Source: Escherichia phage 4MG. From it: 64,000 nucleotides of DNA. The notes under the pieces are model-generated. The model saw only the letters and a list, made by a program, of their open reading frames with translations, was not told the origin of the DNA and did no database searches. This document shows, piece by piece, positions 48,314 through 58,643 of the stretch (its first letter is position 1; each line of letters starts with the position of its first letter). The position numbers and the translations under genes were made by a program. The stretch is from the sequence record NC_022968.1, one strand, 5' to 3'.

Positions 48314-50941
48314 TTAGTTGACAGTAAGAGAGGTTGTACCTGTCAGGTTTGTACCATCCCAAAGGATCGTAACAACTGTGCGGGTAGTTCCCAAAGTAAC
48401 CGCCGTACCGTTTGACCATGCTAAGTTTCCAGGCCACGTCAGTGACGCACCAGAACCTGTGAACACGATAACGATTGTCATTGCCCTGTTTGCAGGCAAA
48501 TTAGTAAAGCTCATGGTTTTGTTCGCTGTACCATCAACCTTGAAGACCTGAGACACGCTAACATCCATAGCTCCAGTTGAAGAAGTTACCAGAAGGTCGT
48601 AACGATCCAGTTTCTTCCATGCACTGTTTACACGAACGTAATAGCCGCTGTCAGCAGGGGCTTCAAGAACTGGCACATCTACCCAACCAGAACTTGTACG
48701 CGCCTGTGGCGTTGTTGAGGAGGTATCGTAGACGTTACCACCACCCATGTATCCCAGAGAAGCCCATACCGTAGCAGAAGTCTTCTGGAAATACTCAAGG
48801 GTGCTTTTGTTGATGAAGTAGTCACCAACACGTCCATCAGCAGGCCCTGGGTTACGTGGGAAGTTCAACCAAAGCGTACCTTGGTCACCTTTCACACCCT
48901 GGATACCCTGAGTACCTTGTGGACCCTGAGGTCCAGTTGGTCCAGCAGGCCCCGTAGGTCCTACGAATCCACCAACGTTGATCCAGTCATTGTCTGTTAC
49001 ACTCCAAACCCACAGGTCTGTTCCGATGATCCAGCCGTCACCTTCAGTACCTGTTGCTGGTAGATCAGCTTCAGATGCTTTGGTTCCTAGAGGTTTAATA
49101 CCAGCGCCCTGGTCTCCTTTAGGTCCTTGTGGGCCTGTTGGTCCGGTAGGACCTGCATCACCCTTCGGACCCTGTGGTCCATCAACACCTTGGAGTCCTT
49201 GGATACCCTGGTCTCCCTGAGGTCCTCGCATTACACCCAAGTTGGCCCAGTCAGAACCTGTAAAGGCAAAGCCCTCCCCGGTATCTACTGTGGTGTAATA
49301 ATCCCCATGAGATGCCCCAACCGGAAGGTCTGCTTCTGTTGGTACTGTTCCAAGAGGGTTAAGCGGAACACCCATTGGACCCTCAGGCCCTTGAGCACCA
49401 TCAGCACCAGCAGGCCCTGTATCTCCGGTGTCACCTTTAGGACCCTGAGGTCCATCAACACCTTGTGGACCCTGTGGGCCTGTAGGCCCGGTATCACCAG
49501 TGTCACCTTTATCGCCCTTCGGACCTACATATGGACCAACGTTGATCCACTGTGCATCAGATTGACTCCAGACATACAGGTTTGGTACAATGATCCAAGC
49601 ATCACCAGATGTTCCTGTCGCAGGAAGTTCAGATGTGGCACCTTTCGTACCGAGAACGCGAGCACTGTAACCTGTTTCACCACGGTCGCCCTTCGGACCT
49701 ACTGGTCCTTGAGGTCCAACTGGTCCGGTAAGGCCCGTGTCGCCCTTATCTCCTTTCGGACCTACGGGTCCCTGGATACCCTGTGCGCCGTCATTTCCCT
49801 GAGGACCCTGAGGTCCTGTTGGTCCGGTTGGACCTTGATCGCCTTTCTGTCCCTGTGGACCCTGAGGACCAACGTCACCATCGTCGCCTTTTGGCCCCTG
49901 AACAGGACCGATATCTTCCCATGCACCGTCAGAAGTCCACACCCAAACATGATTATCTGTTTGAACAACCCAAGCATCAGCAACGGCGTTGCCGAAAGCA
50001 GGAAGATCTGCGGTGGTGGCTTTTGTACCTTTCAGTTTAACAATGGCGGCATCGTTACCTTTATCGCCCTTCGGACCCTGAGGTCCTTGTGCGCCAGTAA
50101 GCCCTTGGATACCTTGAACACCCTGATCGCCTTTCTCACCACGATCACCTTTGTCACCTTTAGGTCCTTGTGGCCCTGTGGCACCAGTCGCACCCTGAGG
50201 CCCTGTTGGACCTACCTGACCAACTGGTTGCCAACCGTCAGCAGCGCCAGTCCATACCCACATCTGTTCTTGGACGATATAAGTATCACCCTCAGTGTTT
50301 CCTTCTGTAGGCAGGAATGCTGTGTCTGTGAAAGAGCCTTTGATTACAAGACCGATACCGTCCTGCCCTTGTGGACCTGCGAAGTCTCCAAGGTCAACCC
50401 ATTGCTGGTTTACAACAGTCCAGTAGTGTGTTCCAATAACGTATGTGTCGCCTTCCTGCATGGTTGATGCAGGTGGGAGTTGGGAAGGGTCTCCCAGAAT
50501 ACCTTGGATGTAAATACCAACACCCGGTTCACCTTGCGGCCCCTGGTCACCCTTATCCCCCTTTTCACCAGGTGGGACATACAGCCCCTCTTCACCTGGA
50601 TCAGTAACCTCAACAAGGGTGTTTCCATCCTTACTTGAGATCGGAATAACGATTTGAGGAGGAGCAACATACAGCTTTCCACCCGCCAATACAAGCAGGT
50701 TGTCACTGATTGTGCTGACACCAACGGAAAGACCGTCAGCACCAGCCACAAGAGCATTTCCGGAAGCAGGATCTACAATAACAGTTGCCTTCAGTGGGGT
50801 AGTGGATGTACCATTACCGAGAAGTGTGACGGTGGTCGTATCTTCCGTATGGAATTGACCATCATCAACAAAGGTCTCACCTGCACCGCCCTCAGGAAGG
50901 ATCAGTTCAGCGTTGACGACCTTATCATTGTAATCTGCCAT
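48314..50941 (-). CDS. collagen-like (Gly-X-Y repeat) fiber protein
   Basis: 875 aa; multiple uninterrupted GXY blocks (e.g. [28 protein letters not shown]); AAGGGG SD. Confidence 0.65.
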   Translation of the reverse strand: MADYNDKVVNAELILPEGGAGETFVDDGQFHTEDTTTVTLLGNGTSTTPLKATVIVDPASGNALVAGADGLSVGVSTISDNLLVLAGGKLYVAPPQIVIPISSKDGNTLVEVTDPGEEGLYVPPGEKGDKGDQGPQGEPGVGIYIQGILGDPSQLPPASTMQEGDTYVIGTHYWTVVNQQWVDLGDFAGPQGQDGIGLVIKGSFTDTAFLPTEGNTEGDTYIVQEQMWVWTGAADGWQPVGQVGPTGPQGATGATGPQGPKGDKGDRGEKGDQGVQGIQGLTGAQGPQGPKGDKGNDAAIVKLKGTKATTADLPAFGNAVADAWVVQTDNHVWVWTSDGAWEDIGPVQGPKGDDGDVGPQGPQGQKGDQGPTGPTGPQGPQGNDGAQGIQGPVGPKGDKGDTGLTGPVGPQGPVGPKGDRGETGYSARVLGTKGATSELPATGTSGDAWIIVPNLYVWSQSDAQWINVGPYVGPKGDKGDTGDTGPTGPQGPQGVDGPQGPKGDTGDTGPAGADGAQGPEGPMGVPLNPLGTVPTEADLPVGASHGDYYTTVDTGEGFAFTGSDWANLGVMRGPQGDQGIQGLQGVDGPQGPKGDAGPTGPTGPQGPKGDQGAGIKPLGTKASEADLPATGTEGDGWIIGTDLWVWSVTDNDWINVGGFVGPTGPAGPTGPQGPQGTQGIQGVKGDQGTLWLNFPRNPGPADGRVGDYFINKSTLEYFQKTSATVWASLGYMGGGNVYDTSSTTPQARTSSGWVDVPVLEAPADSGYYVRVNSAWKKLDRYDLLVTSSTGAMDVSVSQVFKVDGTANKTMSFTNLPANRAMTIVIVFTGSGASLTWPGNLAWSNGTAVTLGTTRTVVTILWDGTNLTGTTSLTVN

Positions 50942-50950
50942 TTTTACCCC

Positions 50951-51484
50951 TTATTTTGCAGGCTCTAGTTCTTCAAGAGCAGCCTTGAAGTCAGCCATCA
51001 TGTTTTCGAAAGATTTGTTTTTCGCAAGGGTGATACCTTTGGTTGCAGCAAGATCAGCAAGTTTATCTTTGCTTCCTTTCTTATCAGCTTCATCATTAAG
51101 GGCTTCTGCCTGAGCCAGAATAGCTTCATAGCTTGCAGATTTAACCTCAACAACCTCAGTCTTGACATCTTCAACCTTAGGCGCTACAGTCGCTTCTACT
51201 GCCTTACCGCGACGGTTAGGGTTTGGAAGAGCACTGTTGAAAAATACGATGTATGTACCCATACGCAGTGTGGAATGTTCAGCATCAACATCCAGTCCGG
51301 AGATCTCTGCAAGAGCTTTGAAGAAGTCAACGGAGTTGCGGAAAGCTTTGTGCTCTTTTCCAACACAGAATCCATTCAGAGGAAGACGTGCTGATACCCC
51401 AACATTCAGGTCAGGAGCATAAGTGCCGAAGAATTTGAACAGTTCTACTTTGTTCGGGAAAATACGATAGTTTTGATTAGCCAT
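50951..51484 (-). CDS. hypothetical head-module protein
   Basis: ATG 51484 after GGAG; track ORF extends to GTG 51517. Confidence 0.4.
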   Translation of the reverse strand: MANQNYRIFPNKVELFKFFGTYAPDLNVGVSARLPLNGFCVGKEHKAFRNSVDFFKALAEISGLDVDAEHSTLRMGTYIVFFNSALPNPNRRGKAVEATVAPKVEDVKTEVVEVKSASYEAILAQAEALNDEADKKGSKDKLADLAATKGITLAKNKSFENMMADFKAALEELEPAK

Positions 51485-51617
51485 AAAATCTCCATTGGTT
51501 ACCTTAGTAAAAACCACTTGACACCAGTCATGAAGTGGCTATTATTAAGGTGACGAAAATAAAAAAGGGAGAGGTGAATAATCACCTCCCCCTCTTAGAG
51601 GTAGCAGTTACGCTATC

Positions 51618-52631
51618 TTATGCGAAAGTACCAGTAGAGCGAACAACCAGTTCCGGACGGGTGTTAACAGTCAGGAAGGAAGTTTCGGACTCAACCTTTT
51701 CTTCGCGCAGGTATGCAGAAGATTTGTACCACAGGTACAGTTCTTGTGCAGGAGTGTTCGCGTCACGAACGTCATCTGCTGGTGCATAGTGAATCTGGAA
51801 CATGTCGTCGATTCCTTGCGGCAGAATGTAAGCTTCACCATCAGGGATGTAGTTGGAGATATCCTCGATGTAAGTTACGTTCTTGTGAACAAACATACGG
51901 TTGTTGGCGTTTTCCTGCCCTTGACCCAGACGACGACGAAGCGGCTCTTGAGTAGAAGAGTAGTATTGGTAAGCGTTCATTACCAGCGGATGAGCGATCA
52001 GCGCTGAGAACCACTTACGAGAAGCCAGAACTACGATGTTGTAGTTGTTACCGTTGTCACCAGCATTGTCGATGATGTACGCACGAGCGTCAGCTTCGAT
52101 GATGTCGGTTGGGTCGGTTGCTACATCGGTGAAGTCGATGTTAGCTGTGTGCTGAGTAACACCCCACTCGGTGAAGTAGTTGTACTGAGCAGTTGGGTCC
52201 TGTGGTGCCCAGGATTTACCCATGATCGCCTGAAGCATTGCTTTTTCTTTCAGTTGTTCATGAGAGATGCGGATACGACGAACCACACGAGCAACAACAT
52301 CTTCTACAGTCTTCGGAGCGTCAGCAGTAAAATACTTACGGAAGTTCTGTACGTCTGCCGCTGTGATCTGACGATCCAGTGGGAAGAACGGAATGTTGAA
52401 GTTTCTCAGTTGGGCCTTTTCAGTACCAACGTAGTTACGTTCACCCTGACGACGACGAGCCGGGAAGTCAGTTACAACTTCATCAACACGTTCGATCTGA
52501 GCGATAGTCGTTACACCGTGGTACGCTGTGAACAGGTCCATATTGGTGATCAGACGGTACTGACGTGGTACGATTTCCAGAGTCGCGCCGAGATCGACGA
52601 TCTGGAAGTCATTAGTGCGTACTACTGCCAT
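51618..52631 (-). CDS. major capsid protein (lambda gpE-like by size and gene order)
   Basis: 337 aa; follows a small decoration-like gene and a scaffold-like gene in portal-protease-scaffold-D-E order. Confidence 0.55.
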   Translation of the reverse strand: MAVVRTNDFQIVDLGATLEIVPRQYRLITNMDLFTAYHGVTTIAQIERVDEVVTDFPARRRQGERNYVGTEKAQLRNFNIPFFPLDRQITAADVQNFRKYFTADAPKTVEDVVARVVRRIRISHEQLKEKAMLQAIMGKSWAPQDPTAQYNYFTEWGVTQHTANIDFTDVATDPTDIIEADARAYIIDNAGDNGNNYNIVVLASRKWFSALIAHPLVMNAYQYYSSTQEPLRRRLGQGQENANNRMFVHKNVTYIEDISNYIPDGEAYILPQGIDDMFQIHYAPADDVRDANTPAQELYLWYKSSAYLREEKVESETSFLTVNTRPELVVRSTGTFA

Positions 52632-52652
52632 TGTTATTCTCCTTGGTGTAGA

Positions 52653-53072
52653 TTAGATAGACGTTACTGGGATCTCAACGGAACCGTCGTAATATTTATC
52701 AGTGATCTTCAGACCTTTGGCCTCAAGAGCAGCGATAGCGGCAGCGTTGATTGCAGTAGTACCGTCAGCGAAAAACAGTTTGGATTTGTTCAGGGTCAGA
52801 CCACGAACAGCCACGACGAAGTTGTACTTCTGTCCTACCACGAAAGGACGTGGAGCAGAGTATGCAGGAACCAGGTCACGGTCAGTGATCACACCAAAAG
52901 CGCTTGCAGCGTCAGCAGTTGCGGCAAGAGTACCGTCTGCCTTAACGATCATACCAGCCTTCAGGCCTGCGGCGTAGGTGATTTCCATTTCTAGGAAGCT
53001 GTAGCCCTGGTCAGAAGAGTCAACTTTACCCAGAACGATGTCAGAGTAGTACCCTTGGATTGGATTAGCCAT
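52653..53072 (-). CDS. head decoration-like protein
   Basis: 139 aa directly upstream of capsid gene. Confidence 0.45.
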   Translation of the reverse strand: MANPIQGYYSDIVLGKVDSSDQGYSFLEMEITYAAGLKAGMIVKADGTLAATADAASAFGVITDRDLVPAYSAPRPFVVGQKYNFVVAVRGLTLNKSKLFFADGTTAINAAAIAALEAKGLKITDKYYDGSVEIPVTSI

Positions 53073-53092
53073 TTATTTAAATCTCCTCGATA

Positions 53093-54094
53093 TTAGGCGT
53101 TTTGTGCAGCTTCACGAGCGCGAGCTTTCGCTTTCTCGATGTTAGCTTTCAGAATGTCTTCAGCAGACTTGTTGATGTCATCAACAGGCGCTTCAGCACC
53201 AGAGCCGTGTTCAGCAGTGCTGAATTCTTTCTTCACGGTTTCAACTTCTGTTTCCAGTTCGCTAATACGAGCCTGAGCTTTTTCCAGAAGAGCTACTACC
53301 GGAGCGTTAGCTTTTTCGATGATGAAGTCAGCCAGAGCGGAATGGTCTGCATCAGTAGCAAAGGTGAAACCTTTAGCTTTGGTCAGAGCAGCATTCTTTT
53401 CTACTTCCACAGCAGCTTTGATGATTTCATCAGCTTGTGCGGCTTTAGCTTTGGCATCTTCCAGTTGCTTAACCAGGTCAAGATATTCTTGAGACTTGGT
53501 TACATCAGTAACATTATCGGACACTGAGGTCTCCTTATTTTCTTTGGATGTATCAATTACAGGGTCAGTACCTGCTTCTTTGACGACCCCAGTTACCTGG
53601 AGATCTTTGGACTCACCTTCTGTGAAGGTCAGACCTAATTCGCTTACACCTTTTTCAAACAGTTGCTGAAGTTTCAGCAGTTCGTACTGTTTAACAAGGT
53701 CAATTTCTTCACCACTGTTTGCAGCCTTGGCGATGGAGATGGACTCCATACGTTCTTCAAGCCATTCCTGATGTTGTGCATTCCACGCTTGGACCCATTC
53801 ATCGTCAGGATTTTCAGCAGCTTCGTTTTCAAGTTCTGTTTCAAAGCCCAGTAGCTTAGTAAGCAGTTCCGCGTCATCACTCCACATATAGAAGAATCTA
53901 CGCAGGAATTCTTCAAAGCTCATAGAGACAGTAACTTGCTGCAATGCCTTGATAACGTCTTCAGTAATCTGTTCTGGTTTCAGGTCAGACTTCATCAGAA
54001 GTGACACTGGTCTCAGGTTTGCAGAAAAACCTTGACTCTCGTGGCAGAGTGCGATACCCTTCTCTTTAATGGCTTTGGCTTTAGCAATTGTCAT
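53093..54094 (-). CDS. scaffolding-like protein
   Basis: 333 aa; acidic, Ala/Glu/Lys-rich helical regions; ATGA overlap with upstream gene. Confidence 0.45.
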   Translation of the reverse strand: MTIAKAKAIKEKGIALCHESQGFSANLRPVSLLMKSDLKPEQITEDVIKALQQVTVSMSFEEFLRRFFYMWSDDAELLTKLLGFETELENEAAENPDDEWVQAWNAQHQEWLEERMESISIAKAANSGEEIDLVKQYELLKLQQLFEKGVSELGLTFTEGESKDLQVTGVVKEAGTDPVIDTSKENKETSVSDNVTDVTKSQEYLDLVKQLEDAKAKAAQADEIIKAAVEVEKNAALTKAKGFTFATDADHSALADFIIEKANAPVVALLEKAQARISELETEVETVKKEFSTAEHGSGAEAPVDDINKSAEDILKANIEKAKARAREAAQNA

Positions 54095-54720
54095 TCGCCA
54101 TCTTCCTCAACATATTCGACACCGAAATCAACGTTGGTGATCTCACCTGTTTCTTTGTCGATAGAACCGGAGCACTGAATGCTTAGGCCACCAACAACAT
54201 TGGACTTTTTGAGGTCCCAGAGAACAGGGTCGTTATATTTAACTTTAGCTACCCAGGTGCCAGCTTTAATTACTTGCTCGGTCCCGATAACCACCACATC
54301 AAATTCTTCCTGAATCCAAGTCTTCTCGATTGTGAAAGAGTCAGTCTCAATCATGTGGAAGAGGTTCTCTTTAACAATGCCAGCTTCGTGTGCCTTATCA
54401 AAAGACTGCTTCGCTTTGGCGATTGTATCAGCAGACATCCATTCGCCGTGAGCATCTTTGGCATCTGGTTCATAAATGACCTCGTAAGAAATCATTTGTT
54501 CTCCAGCATCCTTTTGGACACTTACAACAGATGTTGACTTGTTGATTTCAGTTTTAACGTTCACGTTTAGAACGTCTTTGGAAGCCTTCTCGATAGCGGC
54601 TTCAGGAGATTGGCCTGAAGCAATCAGGCCATTTGCAATATTCAGTACCTTGCTCTTCTGAACGAGAGACAGATCAGATACTGATGCAGGAAGGTCAGCA
54701 ATACTTGTGTATTTCATCAT
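54091..54720 (-). CDS. putative prohead protease or head morphogenesis protein
   Basis: 209 aa between portal and scaffold (position only). Confidence 0.3.
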   Translation of the reverse strand: MMKYTSIADLPASVSDLSLVQKSKVLNIANGLIASGQSPEAAIEKASKDVLNVNVKTEINKSTSVVSVQKDAGEQMISYEVIYEPDAKDAHGEWMSADTIAKAKQSFDKAHEAGIVKENLFHMIETDSFTIEKTWIQEEFDVVVIGTEQVIKAGTWVAKVKYNDPVLWDLKKSNVVGGLSIQCSGSIDKETGEITNVDFGVEYVEEDGE

Positions 54721-54786
54721 TTTCCCCGTTGATAGTTATTTTAACACCGTTCATTTTCTTTTGCAAGCTATTTCAGTAAGTTGAAA

Positions 54787-56337
54787 TTAATTATCCATAT
54801 TGGATACGGAATTGTCTCTTGTTGAGGAGATTTTTCCAGTTCCATTACCGCTAGAGCCTGCTGCCATACCATCACCGGAGCGACTGACATCCTGACCAAG
54901 GAGTTTCAGAAGTTCGTCGGTAGACATGTCCTCAGGAATCTCCTCATCAAAGCCACCAACTTCAAGGATCTTGTTGATAACAGTAGGAGTTTTAGGTAAG
55001 TACCCAACAGCACCAATACGCTGAACAAACTTGGAGAACCCTTCCATATCCACTTCTTGAATCAGTCCCGGCTTCAGTTTAGGCATGTCTTCGTCGGAAA
55101 GACGAATGTCATTTAGTGCCAGAAGCTGCGGGATCAGGTTCTTGTTGAACGCTTCAACAATGATGTCGATATCGCGTTGAACGAAGTGTCCGTGAATAGA
55201 TTGCTTGGATTCTGACAGGTTGTAGGAACCCTGACCATCGTTACCAAGGTTGATGAAACCAGCACCAAAACGGTCAAGGATCGCCTTTTTACGTGAGTTC
55301 ACCAGTTCTTGTGTGCTATACTGCTTACCAGCACCGTCAATGCCCTTCAGAGCCATCTTGTACTGTTCACCACCCTGAGCGTTCATATCTGAAGGTAGGA
55401 TGAAGTAAGCTTGCTCACCTGCGTGTGCGTTTGCAGCGTCAGCCATTAATCCTTGAACCATATCGGCTTCTGGGGATTTAGGGTCCATTGCTGCTTTGTT
55501 CAGAATCTGAGAAGGGATCTTAAGTTCAATGATACCACCAAGGTCTTTAGATGCCCCGATAGTCTCAAGGTTTTCAATCAAGATCTTCTCACGGAAGGCA
55601 CGATAACATCCAACCAAAGGAGATACACCCGCCGGGTTGGATTCTGTACCACCCAGACTCATCACCATCAATTTGTTGATAGGGATAAATACTTCATCAG
55701 CAGAGGATGTCAGGTTGGTAACCAGAGACATTGCAGAAGAAATCTGGGTCAATCCGTTCTGGAAGTTAGCAAAAGCCAGTTGGCTTTGGTAAATCCCTTT
55801 CAGTGTACGACCATCATCGTCGAAAACCCAAGGCTTAGAACGAGACAGGCTTGACTGAGGACGGAAAGCAATCTTATCAATAGTGATGTACCCTGCATAC
55901 TTTGACGGAGCAGATTCAGTACGGTATACTTTCTCAAAGATGGAAAAACCATATTCGTTGAAAGTTGCTGCACTACGAGCAACGTCACGAAGGGTTTGCT
56001 GGTTGGCAAGGTTCTTCAGGGCGTACTCTACAAACTCTGCGGCATCTTTGGAAGCTTGGCTATCACGATTGAACAGGATTTTAAAATCGTTGAATGCTTT
56101 AGTTACGAATACGTATTTCGTATCAAGCGCCGTGGAGACAGTATGATCCTGTTTCATCGCCTCTACGGTAGCCAGGAAGCAAGGCCAGCGTAGCTCTTCT
56201 ACCTTCATCACTTCGGACTCTGCACGAAGCTGGGAGAGAGCACCAGAGCCTAATTCCCCGGTACGGAGGCGGCTAACCGCAAGGTTTTCATTCCCTGCTT
56301 TTACAACCGCCCCTGGTTGTGCAAATCTTGTTGACAC
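54787..56337 (-). CDS. portal protein
   Basis: 516 aa immediately downstream of large terminase. Confidence 0.6.
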   Translation of the reverse strand: MSTRFAQPGAVVKAGNENLAVSRLRTGELGSGALSQLRAESEVMKVEELRWPCFLATVEAMKQDHTVSTALDTKYVFVTKAFNDFKILFNRDSQASKDAAEFVEYALKNLANQQTLRDVARSAATFNEYGFSIFEKVYRTESAPSKYAGYITIDKIAFRPQSSLSRSKPWVFDDDGRTLKGIYQSQLAFANFQNGLTQISSAMSLVTNLTSSADEVFIPINKLMVMSLGGTESNPAGVSPLVGCYRAFREKILIENLETIGASKDLGGIIELKIPSQILNKAAMDPKSPEADMVQGLMADAANAHAGEQAYFILPSDMNAQGGEQYKMALKGIDGAGKQYSTQELVNSRKKAILDRFGAGFINLGNDGQGSYNLSESKQSIHGHFVQRDIDIIVEAFNKNLIPQLLALNDIRLSDEDMPKLKPGLIQEVDMEGFSKFVQRIGAVGYLPKTPTVINKILEVGGFDEEIPEDMSTDELLKLLGQDVSRSGDGMAAGSSGNGTGKISSTRDNSVSNMDN

Positions 56338-56352
56338 GAGTTATCCCCTCTG

Positions 56353-57909
56353 TTAAAGTCTTTTATACAAGGTCGGAGCAACAATTTTCGGGATTACGAC
56401 AGGTCTGATGACTTCGTTCTTCTCAAGGTAGTTAATACCGGAAGCTACGCAGTCGGCCCAGTCATCCTTACGGGTTGTTGTGCTTCGCTCACCATTGAAC
56501 TTTTCAAGTTCGGTCATAAGGGCTTCGTAAGTTTTAGCATCAAAGCTGTCTCTTACGACACGTACCATTCCGGACTGTGCAAGTTTTGCAAATGGGGTGA
56601 AGCGGGTAAGTTTTGATTTGTTACCCGGCGTTGGATCTCGCTCAACGATAAATCCTTCAGCCAGAAGCTCACGAGAACTTGTTGTGAATTCACTAATACC
56701 AGCCTGACCAGGGTCAACGTTGAAAATGATAACAACGTCATCACCATCGTAATGGGCTTGCTTTTTAATGATCACATCACGTTCGCCAGCTTTTTTACAG
56801 AAACGACCTTGTGTTTGTGTTGAGTACATTCCGTCATCAACGAACTCAGGGCAATAGTCACCGGACAGGTAGTAGAACCCGTCACTATCCTTACTGATCT
56901 TGACAGACGCTGTAAAGTCGGGATATCTGTTGCCAGAGGTTCTCTCTGTACCCGCCTTATCGTAAGGACGGACAGATGTCACACCCAAAGGAAGGCAAGG
57001 AACTTCTTTCAAATAAGATCGTTGGAAATAGTTTGCACCTTCAGGGCGAACTTTCCAGTTACCGTGAAGTAGCTGTGCCTTTTCGATTTCAGGTAGACCT
57101 TCAAGGAACGCAAGGTAATCAGGGTTGTTGTCAAGCATCGGTGGGTTATCAAAGATAGTCGCACTGATGAATGAGAATGATAGTGGTTTTGGTTTCTTAC
57201 GAACGTCAAGACCATCCCAATACTGCTCGATCAGTTCCTCTGCACTCTCTCCCCAAATGAATTCACCATCACGACGAATGAACCAGCGAATAACACCGTC
57301 ACGTTCAGGGATAGGGAAACCATCATCATCAAGATACCATTCGATAAGCTCTTTGATCTTGTGATCTGGGTCCGGGTTACAAGAGATAACCATGCGGCTT
57401 GGGTATTTGGATTCAGAACGAAGACGAGACATAAGGTATTCGATCTGAGACCATTCAAACTGTGTTCCTTCGTCAAAACCGACAAAGGTATATTGCAGAC
57501 CCTGGTGAGAATACTTATCTTTCTCATATTCCATGTGGGACCACTTAACTTTAGCACCGGAAGGGAAAATTGCCTCTAGGTCTTTCTCCCTGAAGCGTGG
57601 CTTCCATTCAGGAGCAAGCTGTGTGTAAATGCCTCGTGCAGTATCATACAGACCACCACCACCTTTCAACTGAGGTGTGTTTCTACGGAACATAATACAG
57701 TTCGTTCTTGGGTCGTCGATAATGTTGAGGGGCATTAATTGAAGCAGGTAAGATTTACCTGACCCCGCCGCACCCCCAATGATCAGGATTTGTGCGTTGT
57801 TTTCCAGGATCATTTTCTGCTTGGGGCTGGCAGGTCCGAATGTTTTACTCAAAAGACCTCCATATTGTGCCTTAAATTGGCCTATAGGAGGTAGTTTACC
57901 ATGAAACAT
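56353..57909 (-). CDS. terminase large subunit
   Basis: Walker A IIGGAAGSGKS near N-terminus; about 518 aa from ATG 57909; track ORF's N-terminal extension would run through hairpin. Confidence 0.8.
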   Translation of the reverse strand: MFHGKLPPIGQFKAQYGGLLSKTFGPASPKQKMILENNAQILIIGGAAGSGKSYLLQLMPLNIIDDPRTNCIMFRRNTPQLKGGGGLYDTARGIYTQLAPEWKPRFREKDLEAIFPSGAKVKWSHMEYEKDKYSHQGLQYTFVGFDEGTQFEWSQIEYLMSRLRSESKYPSRMVISCNPDPDHKIKELIEWYLDDDGFPIPERDGVIRWFIRRDGEFIWGESAEELIEQYWDGLDVRKKPKPLSFSFISATIFDNPPMLDNNPDYLAFLEGLPEIEKAQLLHGNWKVRPEGANYFQRSYLKEVPCLPLGVTSVRPYDKAGTERTSGNRYPDFTASVKISKDSDGFYYLSGDYCPEFVDDGMYSTQTQGRFCKKAGERDVIIKKQAHYDGDDVVIIFNVDPGQAGISEFTTSSRELLAEGFIVERDPTPGNKSKLTRFTPFAKLAQSGMVRVVRDSFDAKTYEALMTELEKFNGERSTTTRKDDWADCVASGINYLEKNEVIRPVVIPKIVAPTLYKRL

Positions 57910-57911
57910 GA

Positions 57912-57943
57912 TAAAAATAAAGCCCTTATCACAAAATAAGGGC
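57912..57943 (-). terminator. hairpin + U-tract between lysis genes and terminase
   Basis: 8-bp stem GCCCTTAT/ATAAGGGC with 6-nt loop, then UAUUUUUAU on minus strand. Confidence 0.5.
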
Positions 57944-57951
57944 CTTGTCAA

Positions 57952-58242
57952 TCACTTTTTAGGATCAAATATGTTGCGAATATACTGCTGAAGGATGCGA
58001 AGTTTGCTACGATCATTTGCTCCGTCGAGGTTGTTCTTCTTCATGATCGCACTGTTAACCGAGTTGTCAGCACCATAAGGAAGAGGTGTAGGCTCAACAG
58101 GGTCAACCATAGCCGCAGCAGGAGGCTTTGCAAGGACTTCTGCTGGGTCAAACTTCTGCACCACTGGAACAACCTCAGGTGCATTTCTGCACCCGCTTAT
58201 AAGCGCTGTAGCAACCAGCACTGCGATTATCGTCTTTCTCAT
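57952..58242 (-). CDS. o-spanin (outer-membrane lipoprotein component)
   Basis: 96 aa; signal + lipobox LISGC; Pro-rich mature part; 4-nt overlap with i-spanin. Confidence 0.6.
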   Translation of the reverse strand: MRKTIIAVLVATALISGCRNAPEVVPVVQKFDPAEVLAKPPAAAMVDPVEPTPLPYGADNSVNSAIMKKNNLDGANDRSKLRILQQYIRNIFDPKK

Positions 58243-58643
58243 TTCAACCCCAGGCTCTCGTTATAAATATCCACAAAGTCATTATCCAGACCCTTCTTCT
58301 TTCCGTTATCAGAGTTTCGATAAGCGTCTTGCTTCTTGTCAAGCTCTGATTGCAGTTTTGCATTCTTTGCTTTCTCTTCCTCAAGTTGCTTACTTAACTC
58401 ATCAGAAGACTTCTGCTGGTTGTCTTTGTAGTCATGATTGGCATTCTTGTTTTCCTGTTGTTTGGCAGTCCACTTATCATCAGTATCTTTCACACCACGA
58501 TTGTAAGAAGCTGTGATTTGGTCATTGTACCAGTGCTTAGTATAAACCGCCCCGGAGAACAGGGCGATTGCTAAGATTGCTGCGATGACTAATTTAGTGT
58601 TGTTCCTGATAAAGGCAACCACCATTCTAACTACATCTATCAT
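58239..58643 (-). CDS. i-spanin (inner-membrane component)
   Basis: 134 aa; N-terminal TM; charged coiled-coil periplasmic domain; ATGA overlap with upstream gene. Confidence 0.6.
   Translation of the reverse strand: MIDVVRMVVAFIRNNTKLVIAAILAIALFSGAVYTKHWYNDQITASYNRGVKDTDDKWTAKQQENKNANHDYKDNQQKSSDELSKQLEEEKAKNAKLQSELDKKQDAYRNSDNGKKKGLDNDFVDIYNESLGLK

Noticed and set aside
48900-50500. Strong 9-nt periodic nucleotide repeats that could be mistaken for a CRISPR-like or satellite array
   Set aside because: Periodicity comes from in-frame Gly-X-Y codons of the collagen-like fiber gene; no repeat-spacer architecture.
57910-57951. N-terminal extension of the terminase ORF starting at TTG 57951
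   Set aside because: Extension runs through a stable hairpin/terminator and lacks an SD; the ATG at 57909 just before the Walker A region is more plausible, though it also lacks a strong SD.
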